Assembly (NCBI GenBank): GCA_951406725.2
Contig: OX597822.1
Coordinates: 47,306,001 to 47,370,000, forward strand
Reading direction: 5' to 3'
DNA length: 64,000 nt
Source: Octopus vulgaris
Lineage: Eukaryota
The position numbers were made by a program, and so were the translations under genes. The notes under the pieces are model-generated. The model saw only the letters and a list, made by a program, of their open reading frames with translations, made no database searches and had not been told where the DNA came from. Every line of letters begins with the position of its first letter. Within the stretch, counting starts at the first letter, position 1. Shown here piece by piece: positions 28,022-40,770 of this stretch.

Positions 28022-30203
28022 TAGATAGATAGATACATACATACATACATACATACATACATACATACATACATACATACATACATACATACATACATAC
28101 ATACTACAGGTTTCCACACAGTTCTTTCTACCAACCTTATTTACAAGGCATTGGTAATCCCGGTACTATTGTAGAAAGCAAATGCTCAAGATGCTGCCCA
28201 GTGAGACTGAACTCGAAACGACGCAGTTTCAAAATGAGCGTCTTAACTACACAGCCACACCTAGATTTGTTGTGCATAAGTTAATAGTTTTTCAACTGCA
28301 TTTCCAATTGTTGTAAGAGGAGTGATGGCTGGACGAATTTGTAGAAAATGTTTTAAAGGGAGTGCTCTGTGTAGGAATGGGAGACCGTTAACACACTGTA
28401 AGACTGGCAGAAGAGGGCGCATACGGTTGGGATAAGAAAAGCGGGAGTAGATTGAGGGATGAGAGAAGGGGACGCACATTGTAGGATTGGCCTAGAGCTG
28501 AACATTCTATATCGACTCTGGATCAAATGAATTCTAACTGTGACCATCTCGAGTTTCTGACAGAGTAGCCGGGATCACTTCATTCAATATGGCCTTTAAA
28601 AAAAGAGGGGAAAAAAAGCAGTTTAGTCTCAAAGGTGGCCATATCATTCGGGTTCCGCACTACATTAGCATCTAGATGTTCTTCGGTTCGCATCCAGTGA
28701 TTTCACATAATGTTGATAAAGTTAACTTTAGGTCACAACTCTTATTTATTCCCAACATGAAAGTCCACTGAATCGTTTGCCTCGAGCTTACAGGCTCACA
28801 AAACTGGGGGTAAAACGCCCTCAGCATCTGAAAGTATAAAACTTGCTCATGAATGAGACGCCAGACCTTGACAGAATTAGCTTCCCCACCTCGACTACTG
28901 CTGGTACTTATTTTCAGCTGAGTGGATTGGAGCAACATAAAATGAAGTGTTTTACTCACGGCTACAACAAGTCATTCACAAGAATCGAACTCATGATCTA
29001 AAGATCGTTAGATAAATGCTTTAACCGCTCGGAGACGCACCTTTACACACCGAATTAGAAATTTTAAATAGGTGAGATGATTATTGATGAAACACCTTTT
29101 ATCATGGATCGCTTAATGTAGTGAGTGAATTGGCGAAGTTGTTAGAGTGGTGGGGATAAATATCTTCTGGTACTTGTTCTGATCTCAGCGGTCTGAGTTC
29201 AAATCATGCCAAGATCAACTCTGCCTTTCATCTTCTCGGAATCTATAAATAAAGAACCTGTAATTTCTAGGGTTGGTTTCTTTCTTTAACTAATCGGCTG
29301 TGTTTAAACCTAGAGAAGGATGGGCTCCACCGCCACGTCTAAAACAGAGATGTCTACGACTCATCCCAAAGGCTTGCTAATAGAAAGCTCTGCATATCCG
29401 ATCCCAAGGGGTTTGACGGGTCAGCAGGAAAGAAAGCGCAGCGTTTCGGATCTTCCCTTTCAACAGCTTTACAGTGCACTGCGTCTCTCATCAGCGATAA
29501 GAAGCCCTACCTACAGGATCGAGTGGCTAATCTTTAATCATGATATTCGCTCTTAGATCTTTATCGTTCTTCATGCACATTTTCCCTTCGAAATTTTTTC
29601 ACTAAGAAAAATAAATATATATTTGCAGCTGGTCACGTAACCTTCAGTTTCTTCATCATCTCTCCTGAGTAGTAACTTGATGTAATGATATTTGAATAGA
29701 AGGAGCTTCATATCACAACGGCACCCTTACGATTTCTTCATGAGCTGAGGAGGCCCAAGGTAAGACAAGACATAGATCAGTTACGGAAGAAGGATGAGGG
29801 GTGGGGAGCTTAATCATATCAGAGACGCTGTATCTGTGGGTTAGAACCAGTCGTTCTCGGTTAACTCCCTGAGACTACCTCACCATACATCTGCTGATTC
29901 ACATCTGAATTGAAATATGTCTGCTGATTCAGTTTACAGAACGTTTACTTCCGCTGCAATTATGATTAAGTGGCAAATCCAGTTCTAACCAGATTACACT
30001 AGTTTTGTCAGAAGTTCACGGCTGGTTTCATCTTGTCAACCAGGAAATAATTTTGTTCTCGTCTTCTCTTTGTTCCGTCTTCTCCACCTTTCTTTCTCTC
30101 ACTTCTCCATCTGTCTGTCTGTCTGTCTGTCTGTCTCCCCCTCCCTCTGTTATATATATATATACATATACATACATATACACACGCACACGCACACACA
30201 CAC

Positions 30204-30273
<70 letters not shown>

Positions 30274-30367
30274 TATTGGTTCGTGATATAATTCAACAAA
30301 GGGAGCACTCCATCTGGTGAGAGTCAGATATTACTGTTTAAGGATCACAATACATATCTTCGGGCGC

Positions 30368-30466
<99 letters not shown>

Positions 30467-30505
30467 TTATACATATGTATGTATGCTTGTATGTATCTCT
30501 CTCTC

Positions 30506-30551
<46 letters not shown>

Positions 30552-30834
30552 GATATAATGCATACACCCAAATGTACACGGAGACCTTTTAATGGGGTTG
30601 CTGTTTGGAGAGTCCTTTAAATTATTTAGGTTTCAGGGGGCTATCACTGACCACCTTCTCTACATGTTGTGCGCGTATGTGGGTGTGTATGTGTGAGTGT
30701 GTGTATCCGTTATAACAGAAGCAATATTAAATTAAAATAGCCATGTATGGCCGACAAAAACCTTGTGAGTGGATTTGGAGGATGGAAACTAAAAGAAACC
30801 TATAGCCACGCCTATATCTATATCTGTCTGTCTG

Positions 30835-30915
<81 letters not shown>

Positions 30916-30918
30916 TTA

Positions 30919-31345
30919 TACCATCCGCAGCAGGTCTCCAATGTGTACAGCCTCTCATCGGTAGCGCCAATGTAGGTAATGGAAGTCGGTAAAATGGATC
31001 TGTACCTTCGGATGAAGGATTGGCTCCGAGGACCGTGTCGGTCGGGCCGTGTGTGTCGCCGCACACCCGCGCGGCCGCGTCGCCGTTCGTTCGGCGTCGC
31101 GCCGTCGGGCGCCGGAACACGTCTTCACGCGAAGCAGCAGACCGGTACGGGGCTGTAGCGTTGGCGTTGGACTCGGCATCCCGTGCGCCTTTCCGGTCGA
31201 CGCCGCCGCCGTGGCGGGCAACTCGTTTCACGCAGATGCGCGGTCGCGCCTTCGGCCAAAGCGGGTCGGCTTCAACGCACGGTCTCCCCTGCGTTGCGTC
31301 GCGTCGCCTACGCCCGTCTTCCCGGCGCGGTGGAAAGCGCTCCTG
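30919..31345 (+). pseudogene. Dispersed 28S rRNA fragment: conserved core running into a GC-rich expansion segment (D8 region)
   Basis: CATCCGCAGCAGGTCTCCAA.GTG.ACAGCCTCT...CAATGTAGGTAA.GGAAGTCGG.AA..GGATC.GTA.CTTCGG...AAGGATTGGCTC matches conserved eukaryotic LSU rRNA. About 300 bp of very GC/CpG-rich sequence follows, and no other rDNA is nearby. Confidence 0.9.
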
Positions 31346-31422
31346 GCAACTGTCTTCCATTACAGGTCCCGCCGATCAAATCTTTGTGAGTGGATTTGGT
31401 GGACGGAACTGTAAGAAGCCCG

Positions 31423-31501
<79 letters not shown>

Positions 31502-32732
31502 AATATATGTATATGTATACATCTATCTTGCGTGTCTGAGTCTTTCCCCTACCATCGTATGTAAAATAGTGATTTGGCAAAAAAATCCAGATAGAATGAG
31601 TAGCAGATTTTAAAAAAAATTAAGAAGTTCAGAAATCGATTTGTTCGATCAACTTTTTCAAGGCGATGCCCCAGCATGGCCGCAGTCCAAAGATTGAAAC
31701 AAATAAAGGGCAAAAGACTGCTTCGACGTTGACCTAATAAAGACCGAACCAGGCAGCCTCTATGTTGTCACTCAGACTGCTAAAAATAGCAGCTAAATCT
31801 TCCTTAAATTACATCCAACCGTCTTAAAAAGAACAATGGATAGTGTTGTTCCGGGTACATTGTTTGAAAAAATGTCGATGTGATCAAAGACATCTGATGT
31901 GCCAGGTCTTTCAGCATTAATTACAATAATAATTATCTTAGTATGGCGTTTTATACAAAGCCCTCTAATGCTCTCTCTTTGAGAGAAATATAACAACCGG
32001 GAAAATGGAAGCAACATTGATAAAGAGGAAATGCAGACGACATCGAAACTTGAAGCGTCGTCTGCTATTTAGCAACAGCAGCAGCGCCAACAAGCGCCAA
32101 AGCAGCAGCAGTTCTTGGCTGTCCAAGGGACGTTATTTGCGTAGTTTTGGGAGTTGCGGGAACTTAACGAACAACACTCCTAAATAGTAGTTACGTTCGA
32201 GTCTTGGCGCGTTTGTACTTGTGTATGGGTATATGTGCGTGTGCGTGTGTATGTGTGTGTGTGTGTGTGTGTGTCTGTGTTGTTATGGTTATTTAACATA
32301 TTAGATATGTACATATGGATGATGTGTGTGTGTATGTGTATTCTTTTATTCTTTTACATGATTCAGTCATTTGACTGCGCCCATGTTGGAGTACCGCCTT
32401 AAAGGGTTTTAGTCGAAGAAATCGACGCCAGGACTTATTCTTTGTAAGCCTAGTACTTACTCTATCAGTCTCTTTTGCCGAACCGCGAAATTACGGGTAC
32501 ATAAGCACACCAACATCAGTTGCCAAGCGATGGTAGGGGGACAAACACAGATACAAAGACACACACATAAGTACATACATATACGACGGGCTTCTTTCAG
32601 TTTCTGCTTACCAAATCCACTCACAAGGCTTTGATCGGTCCGAGGTTATAGTAGAAGACACTTGCCCAAAATGCCATGCAGTGGGACTGAACCCATGCTG
32701 TTGGGAAGCAAGCTTCATACCACACAACCATG

Positions 32733-32834
<102 letters not shown>

Positions 32835-33176
32835 CATATATATATATTTATATATATAACATACGACCCGGTCCGGGAATCGAGCTCACTACTTCATGAC
32901 TGTGAGCCCGACGCTCTAAACACTGAGCCATGCGCCTTCACCAAATATGCATATATGTATGTAAATATGGAAACACACACATACGCACACTTTTGGACTC
33001 CCTGTGAAGTTCGCATGTCCCACACTACGCCACTGATATTTGTATGCATGTTTATACATAAGTACACACACACACGCACACACAAATATATATACGTGTA
33101 TCTTTCTCTCTCTGTTTCTATCTCTGCCTCTTTGTCAATCTGTCCGTCTTTATATATGTGCATGCACTTGTATGTA

Positions 33177-33279
<103 letters not shown>

Positions 33280-33344
33280 GCATATGTATATATATATATA
33301 ATACACGTATAATATACATATGTATAATATGTACATATATATAT

Positions 33345-33539
33345 AAACAATTGCAGCGTGGAAGGTGTTTGTAAGCCACTCAAGAAACTCACAAAAGCCG
33401 TTCGATTCACTTCAACATTTAAGTTTAATTTGTCAAGATATTTTCGTCGCTTTAAGACCGCGACCTGTTCACTGACAAAAATCCGGCTTTTGTGTGTTTC
33501 TTGAATGGCTTACAAACACCTTCCACGCTGCAATTGTTT
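33345..33539. mobile_element. Inverted-repeat element (56-bp arms) enclosing a variant hammerhead motif; probable Penelope pLTR remnant
   Basis: Arms 33345-33400 and 33484-33539 are near-perfect reverse complements. The minus-strand spacer folds as a hammerhead with a GUGAACA core. Confidence 0.75.
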
Positions 33540-33626
33540 TCGTTTCAGCACACGATCTCGGAACAAATCACTTGCTATGCAAGTACATCTCCGTATATAT
33601 ATATATGCTTGCATATCTAACTATCA

Positions 33627-33762
<136 letters not shown>

Positions 33763-33983
33763 ATCTGTCTGTCTGTCTCTTTCTCTCTCTATTTATCTCT
33801 CTCTACCTATCTACCTACCTAGCTACCTGTCTGTCTGTCTGTCTGTTTGTTTGTCTGTCTGCCTGTCCTTCTCTCTCTCTCTCTCACTCTATCTATTTAT
33901 CTCTCCCTCTCTCTACCTACCCACCTACTTACCTACCTGTCTGTCTGTTTCTCCCCCTCTCTCTATTTATAAAGAATTCCATA

Positions 33984-34071
33984 TGTGGCTGATGAGTGCT
34001 CTAAATTTTAAAACTGATGTAATACTTACATTGTTTAATTAAATGAAGTAGCATGAAACGATTGTACTACA
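33984..34071 (+). ncRNA. Minimal type-I hammerhead ribozyme-like motif (family copy 2)
   Basis: TGTGG-CTGATGA-GTGCT...AGCAT-GAAA-CGATTG-TA-CTACA: 5-bp stem I and GUA triplet. Homologous to 26669-26753, including the long stem II loop. Confidence 0.75.
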
Positions 34072-34200
34072 CTAACTTTGGATATCCTTGTTGCTTATTT
34101 TGATTATAATCACCCCATTTGATTGATATTGATAATACCATACCAAATTCTGGTGCCTTTAACTTAAGTACCATATTCATCTGAATCTAAATTTTTGTTG

Positions 34201-34261
<61 letters not shown>

Positions 34262-34548
34262 CCAGGCGTATGCGCATGTACGTCTGCGTCGTTAACAAGC
34301 TCTCTTTGCATCCATGTAATTTCGGGTTCTGTCCTATTACATGGTACCCCTTGAGTAAGTGTCTTTTACAATAGCCCCGAACCGACGAATGCCTTGTGAG
34401 TGAATTTGGTAGGTGAAACTGTGTGGAAACCCATCGTATGTGTGTGTGTTTGTGCTTGTGCCCCTTCCTCCCACGCTTGACAACGGGTGTTGGTTTGAGT
34501 ATGCTCCTGTAATTAAGCGGTTCGTCAAATAAAAATCAATAGAATATA

Positions 34549-34717
34549 GGCGCAGGAGTGGCTGTGTGGTAAGTAGTTTGCTTACCAACGACATGGTTCT
34601 GGTTTCAGTCCTACTGCGTGGCACCTTGGGCAAGTGTCTTCTACTATAGCCTCGGGCCAACCAGAGCCTTGTGGGTGGATTTGGTAGGCGGAAAGTGAAA
34701 GAAGCCCGTCGTATATA

Positions 34718-34798
<81 letters not shown>

Positions 34799-35007
34799 GT
34801 GTGTGTGTGTGTGTCTGTGTCTGTGTTTGTCCCCCTCCATCGCTTGGCAACCGATGCTGGTGTGTTTACGTCCCTGTAACTTAGCGGTTCAGAAAAAGAG
34901 ACCGATAGAATAAGTACTAGGCTTACAAGGAATAAGTCCTGGGATCGATCTGTTTTTCTAAGCCTTTCAAAGCGATGATCCAGTATGGCCGTAGATCAAT
35001 GACTCAA
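34549..35007 (+). mobile_element. tRNA-derived SINE with an internal (TA)n(TG)n tract; the dominant family in the window
   Basis: Head GGCGCAGGAGTGGCTGTGTGGTAAG...GTTTCAGTCC, CORE-like CCTTGGGCAAGTGTCTT and an internal microsatellite. Many other copies, e.g. about 6670-7048(-), 23893-24270(+), 32341-32733(-), 55966-56380(-), 57023-57448(+). Confidence 0.85.
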
Positions 35008-35754
35008 TGCTAGTATTGGAAGATAATATAAGAGAAATAGAGACACACTCGTTGGTTCGTCACAGTCTCTGTTTTTTTATAAATAGTACACATACTTTTA
35101 TTGGGATGTCAAGGTGTGTGACGGTGGTCGTGATGTCAATAGCTGGCATCTACGTTCCTGGCGCTGTCTGCATTGAAGAGAACACTTAACCCCTGACAGT
35201 CCAAATTGACCTAAATAATTACAGGAGCCCTGTGTGATTGTAGAGCTCAAGGCTGCTGTTTGTCGGATCAGTTTACAATGACATCGAGACTCGTGTTTAC
35301 AGTATTTATTAATGCATTTAGTTAGTATGACTATGGCTATGCAGTTAACTAGTTTATTTGGCAACCGTCTGTTTATCATTGCAAGAGATATTGATCAAGT
35401 GTCTTCTACTGAAGCCTTCGGTTGATCGATAATTCGATAATATCCGCTGAATGGAATTTCGGTAGGTAGAAACTGTCCAGAAATATGTCGAGCGCGCTTA
35501 TGTGTATGCGTAAGTGTATGTACGTGCGTGTGTGTATGGGCATGTGTATGTGTGTGCGTGTGTGTATATAAATGTGTATATGTATGTATGCGCATGTTTA
35601 TGTATGTGCTTGTGCGTCTGTTTAATTATAATTCCATTGATAGTTAACAAGAACCAATTCATTATCCTATTTAAAACAATCAAGTGACACAAACCATCAT
35701 CCTCAGTGTTTAAGTTAATTAAAATTAATTGAAAATAAAATTCAATGAGGATTG

Positions 35755-36130
35755 AGTTTCTCTATTTAACAGTATGCTAGAAACTCCGGATGTTTTTGGA
35801 CGTTATTGGACGTTTTGGACGTTATTGGTCTTCTTCTGCGATGCACAAATGTCACAGTAAATCTTCGTTTATAAGAGAAATCACACAAAATTCTTGTATG
35901 AACATACAGTGGGGTTACGAACATAATCCGTTTGGGAGCCCTGTTCGTTATATGAGTTTCTCTCTTTAGCAGTATGCATTTTGGACATTATGGTCTTCTT
36001 CAGTGATGCACAGCTGTTATTGTAGATTTTCAATTACAAGCGATTTTTATATAATATTTTTGTATGAATATACAGTGGGTTCTCTATATACGAACATAAT
36101 CCGTTTAGGGAGCCCTGTTCGCTATATGAG
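35755..36130. repeat. Diverged ~200-bp tandem duplication
   Basis: GAGTTTCTCT..TTA.CAGTATGC...GGTCTTCTTC.G.GATGCACA...TGTATGAA.ATACAGTGGG...ACGAACATAATCCGTTT.GGGAGCCCTGTTCG occurs twice. Confidence 0.8.
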
Positions 36131-36803
36131 TAATCGAAATACATATAAATAGGGGTAATCCGTCCAAAGCCACACCCAAACTCCAAATAAAGGCACGAAA
36201 TGATTTTACTTGTCCCTCCATCAATAATGAATACGTAAATACATTAATATCTATATGTATGTGTATATATGTGTGCATTTTCCTCCCTGTCTTGCTTTGT
36301 CGATCCATGGTTTAATTTTTACCAAAATATGAGAAATATTATTTTCTAAATAAAATATGAACATTTTCAAGTTTCATGAAGAATATGGACGTTAACGAAA
36401 AGTTTGTATATATTCTCGCAGCCGTTTGTATGTGTGCGTAGCCTACTCGTGGTTTCTTGTTCAAATTCCAGTTCGAAGACTGAATATAATTTTCTTAAGA
36501 AAAACTGTTCGCTATATAATTCGCTCATTTAGTACACAATTGTGTACGCTCTCCTAGCAATTAATATGCTTGTAGCACGTTGATAAAATTTCAGTTCGTT
36601 ATACGAGCTCAATTTTCTTCGGATTAACCACCAGTTTGTTCGTTTAGAGAACCGTTCGTATATGGGTACCTCACAGAATGTGTGTGTATACACCTACATA
36701 TATATAGTTAATCCAAACAAGAAAGCACAAAAAAACACAACAACGCGAGGACGTGGAACAAATATAGTATTATTGGACGCTCAAGAAAGAAGGAAAGAAG
36801 AAG

Positions 36804-36840
36804 GGTTTAATGTTTCGAGCGGAGCTCTTCGTCGGAAACA
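36804..36840 (-). ncRNA. Degenerate minimal hammerhead-like motif (PLE pLTR-type)
   Basis: GTTT-CCGACGA-A-GAGC-TCC-GCTC-GAAA-CATT-AAAC; U4 is replaced by C. Confidence 0.5.
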
Positions 36841-37032
36841 TAGGAGAAGGAAAGATCCAGAGAAGGGAAGACAGAGGAAAAAAATCGCCAACGGTACACA
36901 CGAGTATATATGGCAACCGATTTCGAGTATTTACACTTTCTTATTGTAGATATATGCCTATAAAGGGTTTGATAGCATTTCAAACGTGGGTCATCAGATG
37001 ACTACTTACTGTCGATTTAGTTTAGTTTTAAT

Positions 37033-37065
<33 letters not shown>

Positions 37066-37606
37066 AATGTAACGGATAATTTGGTCAAGAACCATACTAT
37101 GAATAACTCCGCCCTTGTGTATTCACCAAAAATGAATATTTGTCGAGGAACCAATGCTTTTTCTTTGTCTTTTTTTTTTTTTACTTGTTTCAATCAATTA
37201 GACTAGGGCCTTGCTGGAGCATCACCTCGAAATGTTTTTAGTCGAACAAATTGACCCCAGCACTTTTTTTAAAAGTCTGGTACTAATTATAAATCAAGAA
37301 ATTTTAATTAATTAGGGTAACAAGATCCAATAATTGTATTAATTACTAACTCTGGTTATGAAAAAAATAGGTTGGGGAGACAAACTCAAGAATTAAGTTG
37401 AAAAACAATTTAAATGGAAGAATTGAACCGACAAGTTGAATCTGAGTTATTGTAGCCTTGTGGATCGTCATCCGCATCCGGAAGGCTTCTCTTTCTCTTG
37501 ACACATTTACAGAAGTGGATAGCCATTGTGTCTCTTTATGTAGAAGTGTGTTCGTATACCGATACAAGATAGATTGACAGACAGACAGACTGACAGACTG
37601 ACGAAC

Positions 37607-37678
<72 letters not shown>

Positions 37679-38031
37679 GCTGACAAATAGGGAGATACAC
37701 AGAGAGACAAAGACAGAAAAAGAGAAATAGAAAGAAAGAAAGGGAGACAGAGAGAACGAAAGAGAAAGAGAGAGATGTCGCTTGTATTTTTACGTCTAAA
37801 ACAGAAAGGTGTCGACATGTGATAAGTGGCAGCAGACGACAGCGTCTGTAAGTGTCTTTGCCGCCCAAAATGACTCACAACTTGACAGCTGCAACAGTGT
37901 GTCATTACTGTTGCTGACACGGCACTGTTGTGGAGCGGGGAGGAGGGGGGAAGGAAAGGACCGATAATTAGTTAATTTTGAAAGTGAGAAATGAGGTTTA
38001 CACACACATTTATGTGTATTAGATATTATAC

Positions 38032-38106
<75 letters not shown>

Positions 38107-38301
38107 ACACATACACATACTTATAGATACAGTATATTGTATGCTAACCGACGTAGCAGACATACAAACCTCTATTTTACCTATTTTTCTGCCGATTGAA
38201 AATATGATGAACAGCTTTAATCGATTTTCGACCCATATCGGGGTGGGTCTCATGAGAAAGATGTCTGCATTACTTCATCAATCTTGAAGAAACACACACA
38301 T

Positions 38302-38338
<37 letters not shown>

Positions 38339-38490
38339 CATACATACATCCATACATAGATACATACTAAAGAATTAATTAGAAAAAGACAAATTCAAAA
38401 ATTTCTAATTAATTCTGTAGTCTAATCGCTCAATAGATTGGCCCCTGCGGAGTTGTTTCTTGAAAAGAGCTTATCTCCTTAATTTTTCAT

Positions 38491-38524
<34 letters not shown>

Positions 38525-38754
38525 ATGTATGTATGAATATATCTATGTGTGTATAAAATGTACACAACATACGTAATGTATGATATCTATATAATATAAT
38601 ATAATATAATAGAATAGAATAGAATAGAATAGAATAGAATAGAATAGAATATACGCTACATACATATATAACTTAATACATGCTACATACATAGCATATA
38701 TATATATATATATATATTATGTATGTGCTACATACATGAAGTATAAAATACATC

Positions 38755-39127
38755 TAGAAGAGCACTCAGAGAGCGCAAACCTCCACCAAGGCAATCAACG
38801 TCCTCTCAGCATTTAGCCAAAGAGGATTTTTAAAACGAGAATACCTGAAATAAACTCGAATGCTCTCACAAATGAGAATACTAAAAAACGAACCCGCCCG
38901 TTCTCAAAAATTAAGTAAATAAACAGAAAAAGATAATCCGGAATCCTTGTCCAGTACCGGATTGATCTTAAAATCTAATCAGTTCGTGCCAGTCACGAGG
39001 CCAAACATCCATGAAAGTTTCATCTGAATCCATCCAGCTGTTCTTGAGATATCGTGTCCACGGATAAACATAAATAAACAAATATGACTGAAAACAACAC
39101 CTCCGCCTTCGCTAAGGCGGGGGTAAT
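38755..39127 (-). mobile_element. Non-autonomous Helitron/Helentron-associated (HINE-like) element
   Basis: Terminal hairpin CCTCCGCCTTCGCTAAGGCGGGGG, a related CCTCCACCAAGG near the other end, and a CTAG terminus. Confidence 0.5.
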
Positions 39128-39142
39128 AACATAGGCACATCT

Positions 39143-39560
39143 AGGACGGCGGGCTGGCAGAATCGTTAGTACGCCGGGCGAACTGCTTAGTGGTATTTTG
39201 TCTGCCGCTATGTTCTGAGTTCGAATTTCGCCGAGGTCGACTTTGCCTTCCATCCTTTCGGGGTCGATTAAATAAGTAACAGTTACGCACTGGGGGTCGA
39301 TGTAATCGGCTTAATCCGTGTGTCTGTCCTTGTTTGTCCCCTCTGTGTTTAGCCCCTTGTGGGTAGTAAAGAAATAGGTATTTTGTCTGCCGTTACGTTC
39401 TGAGTTCAAATTCCGCCGGGGTTGACTTTGCCTTTCATCCTTTCGGAGTCGATTAAATAAGTACCAGTTACGCACTGGGGTCGATGTAATCGATTTAATC
39501 TCTTTGTCTGTCCTTGTTTGTCCCCTCTACGTTTAGCCCCCTGTGGGCAATAAATAAATA
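39143..39560 (+). mobile_element. SINE with an internal tandem duplication and an 18-bp TSD
   Basis: AATAACATAGGCACATCT at 39125-39142 and 39561-39578. The body GACTTTGCCTTYCATCCTTTCGGRGTCGATTAAATAAGTA (Meta-domain-like) is present twice. Confidence 0.88.
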
Positions 39561-40522
39561 AATAACATAGGCACATCTTTTATCTTTTCTCTAGCACTTG
39601 GTTTCAGCAAGAGGCTGAGGCCATGCTTGAGCAACGTCTTTCAGTGTGTTCCTGCTGCTTTTCTGTACCATTTTTCGTGAAATAACGAGTTGGCCGGAGC
39701 TGTTCTTCTTTGTGCCTCCTGCCGTGATGTAGGCTCATCCGGTATCTCAGATAAAGATATGTCCAAACGCTTTTTGAAAACCTTCACATCTACATCTCGT
39801 TAATTTCTGAGGTTGTTTTCTAAGATGTTGAATAGTTGTGGACCCTTGAAATCCAAGCTGCTATAGTACTGTTTAGAGCTCTCTATAAATTTTAGGCAAA
39901 GAACTTAATCCATTGTCGGCGATTCATTTTACGGACTCTGCAATGATGGAAGGCAAAGATTGATCTCGGTAGCATTTGGACTCGGAACGTAAAAGAACCG
40001 GAAGACATATCTCAAGGAATTTCGTTCGACGTGCTAACGATTCTATCAATCCACCACTCTAAGTACACGTACTATAATTCATTATGGCATGTCCTGTTCG
40101 AATCGGGAAAAGCTATTTAAAACAGAGTGAAAGGAAAAGTTGATCTCAGCGCCGGAGCAAATCATTTTGCCCAATATTATTACAGTATTGTATACAAATT
40201 ATAGATCATATTAAATATCAAATGATTCATAGTATATATAAATTAGTAAAATATTAAATATTTAATTATACATAAAAAGAGGGGTGGGGTGCTGGGGTAT
40301 TATATGGCCATGAGCGGGCGGTGGCCGAAAAAGTTTGAGAACCTTTGGTCTAGGTGTATATTTATTATAATTTGTAAAGCAAGTTAACTAGTGTGGAGGG
40401 AGATAATTCATGATATTTCGTCAGTTACAGCTGCCGCTGTGCTTATTTATTTGTTACTATTTTGTTGACGAAGATCATCATTTGTTTGCTCAGAATCTAA
40501 TTTTTAAAATCTTATTTTTCCT

Positions 40523-40770
40523 TTGACTGTTTCATACTCAAAACAACAACGCGAACCTCTACGTTGTTGTTTGATCCGCTAGAAACGACATCCAAATCTT
40601 CCTCGAATCACTCTCTATCGTCTTAGAACAAGGACATGTTTTTAAAATATGATTTTGTCTATTGACTGTTTCATGCTTAAGACAACAAGGTGAACCTCTA
40701 CGTTGTCATTTGATCTGCTAGAAACGACACCCAAATCTTCTTCAAATCACTCTCTGTCATCTTAGAACAA
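40523..40770. repeat. ~108-bp direct duplication
   Basis: TTGACTGTTTCAT...GAACCTCTACGTTG...GCTAGAAACGACA...TCTTAGAACAA at 40523-40630 and 40662-40770. Confidence 0.85.

Noticed and set aside
29629-29759. Exon-like segment (tttgcag ... AAG|gtaaga)
   Set aside because: All three frames contain stops. It could only be a non-coding exon, which cannot be supported without transcripts.
30878-31613. Arg/Ala-rich ORFs of 88-197 aa on both strands
   Set aside because: They are by-products of the GC-rich 28S rRNA fragment.
32005-32187. 60-aa basic ORF
   Set aside because: No recognisable family or splice context.
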